Shown here piece by piece: positions 40,787 to 51,860 of a DNA stretch of 64,000 bases (within the stretch, counting starts at the first letter, position 1; each line of letters begins with the position of its first letter). Origin of the DNA: an uncultured delta proteobacterium (lineage in GTDB: Bacteria > Desulfobacterota > Desulfomonilia > UBA1062); the NCBI GenBank assembly GCA_963847605.1, contig CAWKAM010000009.1:12028-76027 (forward strand), in the 5' to 3' direction. The notes beneath the pieces were generated by a model that worked only from the letters and a program-made list of their open reading frames with translations, ran no database searches and had not been told where the DNA came from. Position numbers and translations under genes: made by a program.

Positions 40787-41277
40787 GTCGTAAAGCCCCC
40801 CACAAGATATCCCCAATTCTTACTATGCTCCATTTATGGTATTTTGTCCCCACTCTGTCCCCTTTTGCCCCGTAATAAGAACCAGGGTCAATACCCTGTA
40901 TCTGTAAAGCCGTCCCCTGCTGAGTATGGCACGAACTCTATGGTTTTGAAAATCCCAACTCAGTTCATTGCCTTTGCACAAAATCTATAATTATTTAATA
41001 AAAGTAATAACCACCTAAGATAGTTAGGTGTGAAAATATATTCACAACAAAAGTAAAGTATCCCTCAAAAATAACGATAATAGTCTTTAATCGATCCAAT
41101 TAAGTGAATGATGCATATGAAAGAATGTAATAATATTTAAAGGATACTCAATTAGTTGAATATAAACATTGGATTGACCATTACTCTGCATTTGAATGGC
41201 TTAGAATTTGCAGAGAATAATTGTTCTCTAACTATCATACGTTTATGAGATTAATTCTCAGGGAGGGGATTTTCCAA

Positions 41278-41919
41278 ATGAAAAAAACTTTATCACTCAT
41301 AATTGTCATGTCAATATGCACCATCTTCACTTATGCACATGCAACAATAATTACATATAATATAACTGGTGGAGTGGATTCAGAGGGGAATAAATTTTCC
41401 GGCTTCGTAGATATAAATAGCGTTGCTTACACCATACCACCATCAGTGGATACAGGGTGATATATAGAATATTATATAACTGCCTTTAAATTCATATCTT
41501 CAGATGGGATGAACTATGGAGTCTCAGGAGATTTAATCTTCAATAAAATCATCTTAGATAACGTTGGTGCTGAGGGCGCTGATGCCAACTTTTATAATAC
41601 ATACACTGTAAATGATGTTGGGTTATTAAATAGACCGGTATGGGATAGGTATGGGATAGGTATGGGATAATTATATTAGTGGTGTTTGGTTTGTTGGTAC
41701 TGAACCCACATTTAGCGGTTATTTAACCCTTCCCGATGAATCATAATAAGTACATACTGTATGAGGGGAATGAGTAATTTGCAGGATTATTGGGATCCTT
41801 CTGATAGTCAATTTCTTACACTGGATAGATGCCCGCAACCTGTCCCTGAACCATGCACCATGTTCCTTTTGGGATTTGGATTACTAGGGTTCTTAGGATT
41901 TAGAAAGAGGCCAAAATAG
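41278..41919 (+). pseudogene. Degraded PEP-CTERM domain protein
   Basis: GGGAGGGG RBS and signal peptide 'MKKTLSLIIVMSICTIFTYAHA'. An in-frame TGA falls at 41458-41460 and the reading frame continues past it to a second stop at 41668-41670. A further frameshift precedes the C-terminal 'VPEPCTMFLLGFGLLGFLGFRKR'. Confidence 0.6.
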
Positions 41920-41961
41920 CTAATAAGAAATTAAGACAAGTAACACATCAGTGTCATTTGA

Positions 41962-42018
41962 ACTGAAAATCCTTGTGTCGGCGGTTCTACTCCGCCCCTT
42001 GGCACCAGTCGTGAAGCC
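41962..42018 (+). repeat. Degenerate direct repeat of the tRNA-Phe 3' half plus 11 nt of its downstream flank
   Basis: 'actgaaaatccttgtgtcggcggttctactccgccccttggcaccagtcgtgaagcc' matches 'actgaaaatccgcgtgtcggcggttcaactccgtccctcggcaccagtcgtaaagcc' at 40740-40797. Confidence 0.7.
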
Positions 42019-42340
42019 ATTCAATAAGGTTCTCATATAATCTAGGTTTATGTAAAAAAAATCTTATACTTATGTTGACTCCTCTTTGATTAGGGGATTA
42101 TAATTTTAATGGTAGTGTCAACAATGTTTCGCATTTTTGAGCAGGGTCTCTGTTCTCCGGAGTAGTGCCTCCTTTTTTTTTCAATATCCCTTTGTTTGAG
42201 GTCTAGAGAGGCCATCCCGCTGCCATCGGCCTGGTTCAATGCAACAAGCCAACGAATACTTTCTTGGGATCTCAATCAAATTCAAAATACCAAGATGCTT
42301 TTCTTGGAATGATTATGCAAACCCCAATTTTAGAGAAATA

Positions 42341-42568
42341 CTAACTACCTTTTGCTCCTATGGATTTCTTGATCTCCCTTAGTTGGATTGCTATTACGAA
42401 AAGTAAGGCTATTACTGAAAACTCTAATAGCTGCATGTTGGAGTAATACCCCCTCGTCAGCGTAAGCCCAATCAAATTTGCCAACTTTTCCCATAAGGCT
42501 ATGCCTGCGATTATAAATGAAGCGATGAAAAGAATCCGGCTGATAAGACTAGTAATTTTATTCATCAT
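42341..42568 (-). CDS. Small hypothetical membrane protein
   Basis: AAGGAGG RBS. 75 aa, two hydrophobic helices. Confidence 0.5.
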   Translation of the reverse strand: MMNKITSLISRILFIASFIIAGIALWEKLANLIGLTLTRGYYSNMQLLEFSVIALLFVIAIQLREIKKSIGAKGS

Positions 42569-42579
42569 TATAAACCTCC

Positions 42580-42882
42580 TTATCTGCGCTTCAGGAATCT
42601 ATAAGCATCAGAGAATTTATTTGTTTTCATATTATACCAGGCTATATAGATATTCCCTTCTTTATCTTGGAACCACCACCGAGTCCATTCAGGGTATTGT
42701 ATTGAATTACTCACCGCAATCAGATTCCCCCATTTTAATGGAATGGTATCACCTAGTTTTAGAGTCTCCATTCCAAACTTTCCTACAATTTCCGGAGCTT
42801 GAGATTCGGGTAGTTTGGTACAGGAAACAAGAAAAACCACCAGAGACACACCAACCAAACAGATCAACATCTTCTTAGCCAT
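42580..42882 (-). CDS. Hypothetical lipoprotein
   Basis: AGAGGAGGGG RBS. Signal peptide ending in lipobox 'LVSC'. Confidence 0.55.
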   Translation of the reverse strand: MAKKMLICLVGVSLVVFLVSCTKLPESQAPEIVGKFGMETLKLGDTIPLKWGNLIAVSNSIQYPEWTRWWFQDKEGNIYIAWYNMKTNKFSDAYRFLKRR

Positions 42883-43335
42883 AACCCCTCCTCTGATAGA
42901 TTTTTTTAGATCTATTTTAAATCATGATGCTTAAATTCATTTACTGGTATAAAAACAATATCATATAAATTGAACTAAGATGAGTATCAGATCGCAAGAT
43001 GTGAACTATATGACATTATGAAACCAATGAATTCAATGCACTGAACTTTATTAAAATATACAGAGTCTACAGAAAAAATCAAGTATCTCTATAATAATGT
43101 TAGCATGAGAAAGCTGCTATAAGTTGTGTTGAATTTCAATTTCTCCTCATTTCCTTAGGAAATAATCATATGCCCAATTCAAATGACTTCCACTGTCAAT
43201 TTCTATTTGTAGTGATAGTCTTCATAACGCGTTTGTATCAGTAGATCCCAGATCACATCAAAAAATCATGGTTGATTTGGGAGACAAACACATATAGGAC
43301 TACTTTCGATCTGACTTTACAACTTGGGGGCTTAC

Positions 43336-44661
43336 ATGAAAATCTGTATGATCGGCAGCGGATATGTGGGGCTTGTAACCGGGGCATGCCTGGCTGAGAT
43401 GGGAAATGATATTATCTGTGTGGATGAGAACCCGAAAAAGATTTCATCTCTCCAACGTGGAGAGATCCCTATTTATGAACCTGGACTCAAGGAGATCGTT
43501 GCCCGTAACACAGAAGAGGGTCGGATAAAATTCACTACCGATATGAAGGAGGGTGTCTCTCAGAGCTTGCTCTGCTTCATCTGTGTCGGCACACCTCAGG
43601 ACAAAGACGGGTCGGCTGACCTCACCTGTGTCCTTACCGTTGCATCCCAGCTGGGCGATATCATCGATGAATACAAGATCATCGTGGATAAGTCCACCGT
43701 GCCGGTAGAGACAGCGGAAAAGGTCCGCACAACCATCCAGGAAAAAATCGATGCACGCGGTTTGAAAGACATAGAATTCGACGTGGTCTCCAACCCTGAA
43801 TTTCTCAAGGAGGGCAACGCAATTCAGGACTTTATGCGGCCTGATCGAGTGATCATCGGCACGGATAATGTCCGCACTGCTGAACTCCTAAAGGAACTCT
43901 ATAGCCCTTTCATGCGGACAACCAACAACCCCATCTTAGTAATGGACATCAGAAGCGCAGAGCTCACGAAATATGCATCGAACTGCTTCCTGGCAACAAA
44001 AGTATCATTTATTAACGAACTTGCAATCCTTTGTGACAAGCTTGGTGCGAACATAGATCTTATCAGGGAAGGCATGGGAACCGATGACCGGATTGGTCCA
44101 CGTTTTCTCCTGGCCGGCCCGGGGTTCGGGGGATCATGCTTCCCAAAGGATATACAGGCCCTCATTGCAACTGCAAGGAACAGTAATCATACCCTTGAGA
44201 TCTGTGAAGCAACCTGGCGTGCAAATATCCGCCAGAAACAATATGTTGCAGCAAAAATTCTCGATTACTTCAAAGACGAAGACTTAAAGAAACTTACTGT
44301 GGCGATATGGGGTCTCACCTTCAAGCCGAAGACGGATGATGTGAGGGAATCGCCGGCCATTGATATTATCAATATGCTCATCAATCATGGAATAAAGATC
44401 AAGGCATATGACCCGAAAGGTGTAGAAAACGCCCGGGAGATCTTCAAAGATAATATTCAATACGTCAATGACGCCTACGAGGCCCTGGAAGGATCTGATT
44501 GCCTTGCAATCATAACAGAGTGGAATATGTTCAAGAGTCCGGATATTGGGCGCATAAGATCACTTCTGAAAAGGCCTGTGATATTCGACAGCAGAAATAT
44601 TCTCTATGCATCCGAGCTGCGTTCTGCTGGTTTTACCTATTTCAGCATAGGAAGACCATAA
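43336..44661 (+). CDS. ugd: UDP-glucose 6-dehydrogenase
   Basis: 'MKICMIGSGYVGLVTG' NAD-binding start. Catalytic 'GGSCFPKD' Cys motif. Confidence 0.9.
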   Translation: MKICMIGSGYVGLVTGACLAEMGNDIICVDENPKKISSLQRGEIPIYEPGLKEIVARNTEEGRIKFTTDMKEGVSQSLLCFICVGTPQDKDGSADLTCVLTVASQLGDIIDEYKIIVDKSTVPVETAEKVRTTIQEKIDARGLKDIEFDVVSNPEFLKEGNAIQDFMRPDRVIIGTDNVRTAELLKELYSPFMRTTNNPILVMDIRSAELTKYASNCFLATKVSFINELAILCDKLGANIDLIREGMGTDDRIGPRFLLAGPGFGGSCFPKDIQALIATARNSNHTLEICEATWRANIRQKQYVAAKILDYFKDEDLKKLTVAIWGLTFKPKTDDVRESPAIDIINMLINHGIKIKAYDPKGVENAREIFKDNIQYVNDAYEALEGSDCLAIITEWNMFKSPDIGRIRSLLKRPVIFDSRNILYASELRSAGFTYFSIGRP

Positions 44662-44687
44662 TCGTTTTTCATGTAAACAAAAAAACA

Positions 44688-44720
44688 ACCCCGCAGCGTG
44701 TCGCGGGGTTGTTTTTATCT
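44688..44720 (+). terminator. Rho-independent terminator after ugd
   Basis: GC hairpin 'caaccccgc-agcgtgtc-gcggggttg' followed by TTTTTAT. Confidence 0.7.
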
Positions 44721-44936
44721 ATCGGAGGGTCACTCGTGCCGAGCTGCAAGACAGTGTTTTATAAGAATCCTGATCCGTTTATTTCATGTGACCGCAAGTA
44801 CATCTCCCTTTATCCTTTCCTTAAAGAATCATCAATGTGCTTTCTTAAAGGATCTCTAGCAGGCCGTTGAGATAAAATCAAACAGATACGTTATGAACAG
44901 CAGCTCCCTATAATTGTGAACAATTCCCTGGTTTGG

Positions 44937-46178
44937 TCAAAAACAATATCCTCCAGACCCGGCCAGATATATCTTGATACTATGAATGACATTGTTTATG
45001 TCATACTGCCGAGCAACAACCGAGCGGGCATTTTCACCAATTTTAACCGCAAGATCTTTATCTTTCATAAGTCGTATGCAGGCTTCGGCGAAGGACTTTG
45101 GATCATCACACAACAATATCTCTTCTCGATCCCGCAGGTTTATTCCTTCTGCACCTATGGTTGTCGAAACAATAGGTTTTCCGTACGCTGCTGCTTCCAG
45201 TATTTTAATGCGTGTGCCGCCGCCGGAGAGAATCGGGCAACAGACTACAGCGGCATCTTGATACAGTTCTCCAAGGTCATTGACGAACCCAAGAAATTCC
45301 ACGCCGGGAGGCCTGGCTGTAAAACTTGCAATATTATCAGGATTCGATCCTGCAATGAGTAATTTGGATTCCGGTACAGCGGATAAAATTATGGGCCATA
45401 TCTTGCTGATTAAGTAATCGGCAGCCACTGTATTCGGTAGATAAGACATCTGGCCTAAGAACAGCAAGTTCGGCTTATTCGGTATTTTTTGCCTTTCATG
45501 GATGTCAATTGCATTTGGAATTACCGTCACGTTTTTCGAGCAATAGACTTTTGAAAGATAATGCCTATCGTTTTCCGAACAAACAAATGTAGTGTGGGAA
45601 AAACGAACAGCACGTCGCTCCCACAACATAAGAATCGGCAGTTTTAAATAGTATAGCCATTTACCGGGCCACCATGGCGGTTGTCTTATAGAGCGGATAA
45701 AGGCCATATGCTCGATATCATCCAAGTCAAAGTAAACTCCTGGATGGTGCACTTTAGAGAGCAAAACCGGTATCATAGAGGTAAGTCTGTGAACGAACAA
45801 AATATCAGGCTTCCTTGAAAGCATTCGATGGACTGCATTGATTTGTTCTCTTTGGGCAGTGTACATATAGGGAGGATAATCGGTAATGCTCAAGGCCGGA
45901 CTGATGTATTCCTGCCAGCGCCCTTTTGCCGGCCTTTCAGGTGCCAACTTACAGAGATCCAATCGTAGTCGTGCATCCCAGTGTTCTGCTAACCGTTCCT
46001 CCATTTCGGCTATAGAGTGTGCATTTACCTCCAACTCCGGACGCACATAAAAGAGCATGTCCAGCTCACCCATTTCCTTCATTGCCTGGATGAACATGCC
46101 CATGCGCTTATACATACCGGAAACGCTCGTCCCGAGGTTTTCAGGAAATACCCTGGAAATAAAGCCTATTTTTATCAC
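44937..46178 (-). CDS. Glycosyltransferase family 4 (GT-B, retaining)
   Basis: C-terminal 'EAAAYGKPIVSTTIGAEGI' donor-binding region. Confidence 0.85.
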   Translation of the reverse strand: MIKIGFISRVFPENLGTSVSGMYKRMGMFIQAMKEMGELDMLFYVRPELEVNAHSIAEMEERLAEHWDARLRLDLCKLAPERPAKGRWQEYISPALSITDYPPYMYTAQREQINAVHRMLSRKPDILFVHRLTSMIPVLLSKVHHPGVYFDLDDIEHMAFIRSIRQPPWWPGKWLYYLKLPILMLWERRAVRFSHTTFVCSENDRHYLSKVYCSKNVTVIPNAIDIHERQKIPNKPNLLFLGQMSYLPNTVAADYLISKIWPIILSAVPESKLLIAGSNPDNIASFTARPPGVEFLGFVNDLGELYQDAAVVCCPILSGGGTRIKILEAAAYGKPIVSTTIGAEGINLRDREEILLCDDPKSFAEACIRLMKDKDLAVKIGENARSVVARQYDINNVIHSIKIYLAGSGGYCF

Positions 46179-46194
46179 GTGTCTCTGTAAACGA

Positions 46195-47229
46195 TCATAT
46201 CATGCGTTTACGCACCCTTTGCCAGATGCTTTCTATGGTATGCTTCGGGTTCATTGCTGCATCCGCAATGATCAGGAGTGCATGGAATGCGACCCGCCGG
46301 TATGAGAGTTTCTGCCCAACACTTTCCAGTCCCTTCCGGTGGAACTCCCAGAAGCTTCTCCCATATCCGAGCAGGGCACACCGTGCAAGAAATCGGTAAT
46401 AGCGCGCCTCGACTTCATGGACACGGCGGACAAGTTCCTCACGCTCGAGAAAATCCGGAGCAGCAAGATGGATAAACATGACCTCATAGAGCATAAGGGG
46501 GTCGTGCGGTTCCAATTTAGCCCACGTACCTTCGTTGTCGCGCCTGCTGAAGGTGAGGATTTGGGGGACGAACCCGAAGTCATGGTCTCGAAGTATTTCG
46601 AAACATATATCCGTGTCTTCAAAATAGAGCGTGGTAGTGGAGTAGAATGGATCGTGTGATCGAACGATGTCGCTCAGATACATCACGCCTGTAGGAGATC
46701 CGAAAAGCATAGTGCCGGACAGCTGGACCCTCGCAACATCACGACCCGGGTAAACCGGCCCCTGACCGAGAGACAGGCCGGCATGAGCAGGATAATTACC
46801 ATACAGACAGAAAGACGAAACCAGGCCCACATTATCGCGAGATTCTGCAACGGCTATCATCTCCTCAAGACAATGCGGATACATCAAATCGTCGGCTTGC
46901 ACTATCTTGCAATACTTGCTTTTCAGAGAAATGTAGCGGAGCGCTCGGTTGTAGTTTTCGACCTGGCTCAGGAACTCGGTTTCTCGGATTACACGGATTC
47001 TTGGATCCAATGCAGCATATTTTTCAGCAATGTCGAGCGATCCGTCCGTGCTGCAGTTGTCGGCAAGGATATACTCCCAGTTCGTATGCGTCTGTCCAAG
47101 CACGCTCAGTATGCACTCCTCCAGGTGATCAGCCGTATTGTAGAATGGGGTTACCACCGAGACAAGTATGTCTTTCGACATTGGATCTTTTTGGGGGGGA
47201 ACATAATATTTTGAATCCATTTCGCTCAC
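46195..47229 (-). CDS. Glycosyltransferase family 2
   Basis: '[25 protein letters not shown]...DNCSTDGS' GT-A signature. Confidence 0.85.
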   Translation of the reverse strand: MSEMDSKYYVPPQKDPMSKDILVSVVTPFYNTADHLEECILSVLGQTHTNWEYILADNCSTDGSLDIAEKYAALDPRIRVIRETEFLSQVENYNRALRYISLKSKYCKIVQADDLMYPHCLEEMIAVAESRDNVGLVSSFCLYGNYPAHAGLSLGQGPVYPGRDVARVQLSGTMLFGSPTGVMYLSDIVRSHDPFYSTTTLYFEDTDICFEILRDHDFGFVPQILTFSRRDNEGTWAKLEPHDPLMLYEVMFIHLAAPDFLEREELVRRVHEVEARYYRFLARCALLGYGRSFWEFHRKGLESVGQKLSYRRVAFHALLIIADAAMNPKHTIESIWQRVRKRMI

Positions 47230-47239
47230 CGTTCCTCTC

Positions 47240-48655
47240 TCATTGTTCGGAACCTCGGCATCCCAGATTTAATGCCAATTCATTACTGATGGCTGCGAAT
47301 TCCTGTTCCACCGCCTCGCGCTTGTCGATGCATCTGCTGCGAAGTGCGGAAACTATTCTGCCGTGCTCTGTCAGTATGCTGGACAAGGATTCCTGGGCTT
47401 GAAAAGAGGTGAAGGTTTCTAGATTCAGACAGAATCGCTCTTGCCCCATGTCTTCCATGTGGACCATCACCTTCCTGCGGTATGAGATAGCCAGCACAGG
47501 TACCCCGCTGATATGGCTCAATAGGACACCATGCAGACGGCTCGCAACCACGGCGTCGCAGGATCTCAGTAAGTTTGTTAGTTCCTGAAGCTTCAACAAG
47601 GGGAAAAGCTGGACGTGTCCCCCGTTAGAACCCGCGCTCACAAGTTGATCGTAGAGTAACTTCGCCAATTTAGTATCCCCGCCATCGGTGATGAATATCT
47701 TCAGGGAGTGGTTTGCTTTGAGAAGGGAAGCAGCGAAAACCCTTAACTCATGCCAGTATCGTTCGAAAACATCTCTATGAATCGTAGGCCAGCTGCCCTC
47801 GAGACCGAAAGAGATAGGGCTCAAGCCGATAGTGAGGTGTGATTGTGCCGGAGCTTCTGTAAACGGTGTATCGCCGTTCAGTGTCGACATTCCGAAGGCT
47901 AAATCGGGACAAGAGATAAGCTCGCGTTGAATGCCCAACCTGCGAAGAATTTCGAGGGACCCGGCATCACGCAGCGACACCCGGCGAGCCTGTACAAGTA
48001 TACGTCGCAAAAACCACCCGCTGAGTGAATGGTGGAGATCATCGACCCCGACACCAACAAAGAAAACAGGTACATGTGCGATACGAGCCAGGGTGATCCA
48101 CTTGAACATTGAATATGGATGGCCCCATGGGCCGCCATACTCGTCATCAAATTGACCACCTCCAGCGATAATCAATGCGTTCAGGGAGCGGACTACTCTG
48201 CGGGCTTGAAGCAAATGACGCGATTCAAGTGCAATCATTTGCATGCTATCCCGTAGACGCCTTGCTACTGGCAGAACCAAAGGTATGCGCCCGGCAGTCT
48301 TCTTGAGCACGGTCCTCAAGTCAAGGCGTGGGGATGCAACGCCAGTGGTGTGGGGTAAAGGCATAGTTTGCTCGGAAGGCTTCAACATCCATGTACTAAA
48401 ATAGTATGGCCGAGGAATGGCGGCAAGAGGAAAGCCCTCCAGGCCGTGAAGTTTTGAGGCATACTCGTAATCCAAGACAATCAAGAGAACTTCGGCCTTC
48501 GGGGATAGCCGGATCAAGTGAGTTCGCGCCGATTCAATGATAGCTGCATCTCCCAAGTTTGTGCCCCAATAGGGACTTATCAATCCTATGCGTGGGCTCT
48601 TTTCGGTTTGATTCGAAGGGATTTCCATGTTGTTTTGGGTGCATTTACCAAACAT
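47240..48655 (-). CDS. Polysaccharide pyruvyl transferase family protein
   Basis: '[16 protein letters not shown]' Gx-N-x-GD motif. 471 aa, larger than typical family members. Confidence 0.55.
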   Translation of the reverse strand: MFGKCTQNNMEIPSNQTEKSPRIGLISPYWGTNLGDAAIIESARTHLIRLSPKAEVLLIVLDYEYASKLHGLEGFPLAAIPRPYYFSTWMLKPSEQTMPLPHTTGVASPRLDLRTVLKKTAGRIPLVLPVARRLRDSMQMIALESRHLLQARRVVRSLNALIIAGGGQFDDEYGGPWGHPYSMFKWITLARIAHVPVFFVGVGVDDLHHSLSGWFLRRILVQARRVSLRDAGSLEILRRLGIQRELISCPDLAFGMSTLNGDTPFTEAPAQSHLTIGLSPISFGLEGSWPTIHRDVFERYWHELRVFAASLLKANHSLKIFITDGGDTKLAKLLYDQLVSAGSNGGHVQLFPLLKLQELTNLLRSCDAVVASRLHGVLLSHISGVPVLAISYRRKVMVHMEDMGQERFCLNLETFTSFQAQESLSSILTEHGRIVSALRSRCIDKREAVEQEFAAISNELALNLGCRGSEQ

Positions 48656-48719
48656 TATATCCCGTCTCCTGAACCGTTCATAAGATCTTCAATCTATTCG
48701 GGACTTCCTGGTGCGAATC

Positions 48720-50300
48720 TTAGTAACTATAAGCAGCTCTTTTCAGTGTACTTATGGAAAGATACAGTACCGCATCGCTGTGGAATGGTGCGGCAAACGA
48801 CCGGGAGGCACCGCCCTCGATAGTATCGCCTGACTGTGTAATTCCTGATATGGGGTTGAGCCACTCTACATCGAGCTTCCCGGATGAATGAGAGAGGTCT
48901 ACGGTAACTTTGCCATCTTGAGGTGCATAAATCAGATATTCTTTCCCATTTTCGGCGAGACAGTATCCGGAAGAGGCCAGATCCGGCCGGGGCACCATAC
49001 CCACCAGATGAATCCTCTTGGCGAAGGTTAGCGTATACCCCATGTTCCTGCGCATGAGTTCCCATTCCGGGCTGGCTGGATCACAATAATATTCTGGAGG
49101 GTTATGAAGTACGTTCGCGTTATAAGGATCCATGAAAATCGGGTTCAGGCCCCTGAGGAAACTTTCCCATATCCACCGGTAGTCTCCGCCCATCCCCCAT
49201 AAATGGTCCGTGTCACTAATGATGATCTTTCGTCCGTCCGCCACGGGCGGATTGTCTTTATACCCGCCCTGAGAATTCGGGGATACCGCCTCAGCAGGAC
49301 TTTTAAAGAGGGCACTGTTCTCTCCTCCCGGCCATTGTGCGGTCATCCACACCGGGTGTCTCCTGCCCTTCTTCCCCTCGTAGGCATGAATGAAATTGAT
49401 CATGTGGTACTGCCACAGAGTTGAATCGCTGTGGCCTTCATTGGATATCTCCCACAATACATTATCCAGGTCATTCAATGTATCTATGACTTTTTTAACG
49501 TATTCTTCCTGCAGCTTTGTTATACGGGGCAAGTTCATGGTATGAATTTCTCGGCCGTCACCCTTCCCCAGAGGATCTCCATCGATTCCATTGATATTGT
49601 TTCTGGCATTAAACGGATGTCCTCTCCATGGGTTGTTTTCTTCGGTGAGCATTGCCCCTAAACGCACCTTTCGAAGCATCCTCCTAAGATACCATTTTAA
49701 CTTGCTGTCAGTATTTACCCCCTTGATCTCAATGCTGAAACCTTGAAACAGCATAATGGAAACATAAATGCCCTTCCCCTGTGCCGAGATCACCCGTGCA
49801 CGCAATCTGTCAAAAAATTTCTGATTGAACCTGGTAAGGTCGAATTTTGGTTTTCCATCAAGGGCTTCCCCCGGCCCGGTTCTCTCATAGGGCATAGGGC
49901 TGAACACAATCTTTTCCTTTGTGCCCTGGAACCACGCAGCATGTTCCCATACCCATAGACGGATGAAGTTGTGATTATGCTTCTTAAGAGAATCAAGGTA
50001 AGCTGCGTAATTGAAAGGAGGTGTATTTTCATCCCCTATCTCCTGGAAATTGTTCCACGTGTGCGACCCGGTCAGATAGACGGCTTTCCCTGTTCCGTCG
50101 GTAAAATATCTCGGGTTGGTAGGATTTACCGTAAGTGGTCCCATGGGTAAGACACCTCTTGTTTTGGTCAGGGTTGCCCGACTACCGGCCATCAGTTGCG
50201 TGCTATCTGCGGCCAATAGCACTAGCGCAATCAATAATATTAAGCTATAAGCCGACGGCTGCTTCACATCATTCACAATCTCAGTATCAATGCGAATCAA
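48720..50300 (-). CDS. Membrane-anchored or secreted glycoside-hydrolase-like protein (GH5-like/DUF4038-type)
   Basis: N-terminal TM/signal 'LILLIALVLLAA'. 'NPRYFTDGTGKAVYLTGSHTWNNFQ' resembles cellulase-like putative glycosidases. Family assignment is tentative. Confidence 0.45.
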   Translation of the reverse strand: MIRIDTEIVNDVKQPSAYSLILLIALVLLAADSTQLMAGSRATLTKTRGVLPMGPLTVNPTNPRYFTDGTGKAVYLTGSHTWNNFQEIGDENTPPFNYAAYLDSLKKHNHNFIRLWVWEHAAWFQGTKEKIVFSPMPYERTGPGEALDGKPKFDLTRFNQKFFDRLRARVISAQGKGIYVSIMLFQGFSIEIKGVNTDSKLKWYLRRMLRKVRLGAMLTEENNPWRGHPFNARNNINGIDGDPLGKGDGREIHTMNLPRITKLQEEYVKKVIDTLNDLDNVLWEISNEGHSDSTLWQYHMINFIHAYEGKKGRRHPVWMTAQWPGGENSALFKSPAEAVSPNSQGGYKDNPPVADGRKIIISDTDHLWGMGGDYRWIWESFLRGLNPIFMDPYNANVLHNPPEYYCDPASPEWELMRRNMGYTLTFAKRIHLVGMVPRPDLASSGYCLAENGKEYLIYAPQDGKVTVDLSHSSGKLDVEWLNPISGITQSGDTIEGGASRSFAAPFHSDAVLYLSISTLKRAAYSY

Positions 50301-50403
50301 TTATCCAAAATCTGTTTCAACGGGTCTGGAAAATTGGGATAACACATAACGTCGGATAAAGACTTTATTGCCGGAGGCTCATGGACATCATCTTCCCGGC
50401 TCA

Positions 50404-51558
50404 TCAATCAGCCATTGATTGCATCCAGTGCGTAAGGACCCTCTCGCGCCCGCTGCCTTCCGCAGCAAGCGCCTTTGCAAGGTCCGCTTCGATGGCCACT
50501 TGCGCCTCTCGACCATGCAAATACAACTGCCAGAGCGGTGTTGCATGGAGAGTATTCATCTTACCCATGGCCTTGGCTAGGGAGAGACGGTCCACCATCT
50601 CATCGTACCGTGCGATCTCTCGCTGATACGTCTCGTACAGTTCTGTCCGGAGCACATGAGAGAGAGGTTCATAGTCGCTGTATTCACCCGGCTGATGACG
50701 TTCAATACCCGTGGGTGCAGGATCGAACAGACAGAAGAGCGATACGTACCCGTCGACAATGTGAACTTCGTGCTTATTGCGAAGGAATTGCTTGGCCTGG
50801 GTTTTCTCGTCGATGCGGCATTCCTCTTCGGAGCTCCCGGCGGCTTCGTTCAGATGATAGGTGGAGTCGCCATCGAGTGACAACCACGGGCCCCATAGCT
50901 GGTTCGTATACTGGTACGGGTGCTTCGCCATACGCACGCGGGCGGTCCCTTTCACGTCGTAGCATATGTTGAACTCGGTTCGGGAGTTGTATGACATCTT
51001 GAACACCGGCTCCCCGTCCTCGTTTCCGGGGAGACCGGCCACGTCGAACATTGTGGTGCGAAACCAGGAGACGGGATTCCCGGATCTAGATAGAAGAATC
51101 GGGTCATGATGCAGAAAGATACGGCGGCTCAAATACTGGGGGGTGAGGATCCACCGAAGTAACTGAGATCCCGAAGCACAGGCCGCAAGAAATGTTTCGT
51201 CGCGAAGCAGCAGCCTTTTGCCGCGGGTCTGTGAGGCAGTTGGACTCGATACGCGCAAGACTTCGGTCTCCGGTTCCGCTTCGAGGGCGGTCTCCAGCCC
51301 GGGCGGAAGATAGAGGTGCACGCCTGCCTCCAGGTGAAGCGGTTGTTTGCCGTCACCCGGAACGTATAGGTTCCCTCTTCCTCGAAGAACGCTGATGATG
51401 TGGCCGACGCTTGCTCCCGGTGTGAGGCGCCCGGCCTCGGAGAACCGGATACGATCGACGTCCAGCCCCTCGGGATGTATGTCGTGCTTCAGGATTTGAG
51501 CACGGGCAAAGGGCTCTCCTGATTCACGACGCCATTCGTTCTTGATGAGCTTTTGCAT
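50404..51558 (-). CDS. Hypothetical protein
   Basis: 384 aa, no motif recognised. Embedded in the polysaccharide locus. Confidence 0.4.
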   Translation of the reverse strand: MQKLIKNEWRRESGEPFARAQILKHDIHPEGLDVDRIRFSEAGRLTPGASVGHIISVLRGRGNLYVPGDGKQPLHLEAGVHLYLPPGLETALEAEPETEVLRVSSPTASQTRGKRLLLRDETFLAACASGSQLLRWILTPQYLSRRIFLHHDPILLSRSGNPVSWFRTTMFDVAGLPGNEDGEPVFKMSYNSRTEFNICYDVKGTARVRMAKHPYQYTNQLWGPWLSLDGDSTYHLNEAAGSSEEECRIDEKTQAKQFLRNKHEVHIVDGYVSLFCLFDPAPTGIERHQPGEYSDYEPLSHVLRTELYETYQREIARYDEMVDRLSLAKAMGKMNTLHATPLWQLYLHGREAQVAIEADLAKALAAEGSGRERVLTHWMQSMAD

Positions 51559-51860
51559 TAAATTACTTCTCCTTAGAATAAAATTTGCACCATACTGATA
51601 AGGTCGATATTATTCAGCGTCCGGATGATACTATGAGGCCTTGCACAACCCTTATGTTGTCTATTGGATTGTTTTCATAGAAGGTCTGTTCATTTCGTAC
51701 ATCTCATTTAACTCTAAATAGCAGTACGAAATAAATGGATCAGATTACTAAGTATTTCAAACAGGTACATCTTAAAGTTATGCAAAGATCTTACTACCTC
51801 GTTCATGCCTGTCTCAAAAAAACGTGGCTCCTTACCTAATTAGCAGAACAAGAAGCTGTT

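Noticed and set aside
40787-41220. Possible integrase or small genes in the AT-rich spacer after tRNA-Phe
   Set aside because: No ORF of meaningful length and no recombinase motifs. Only a short palindrome.
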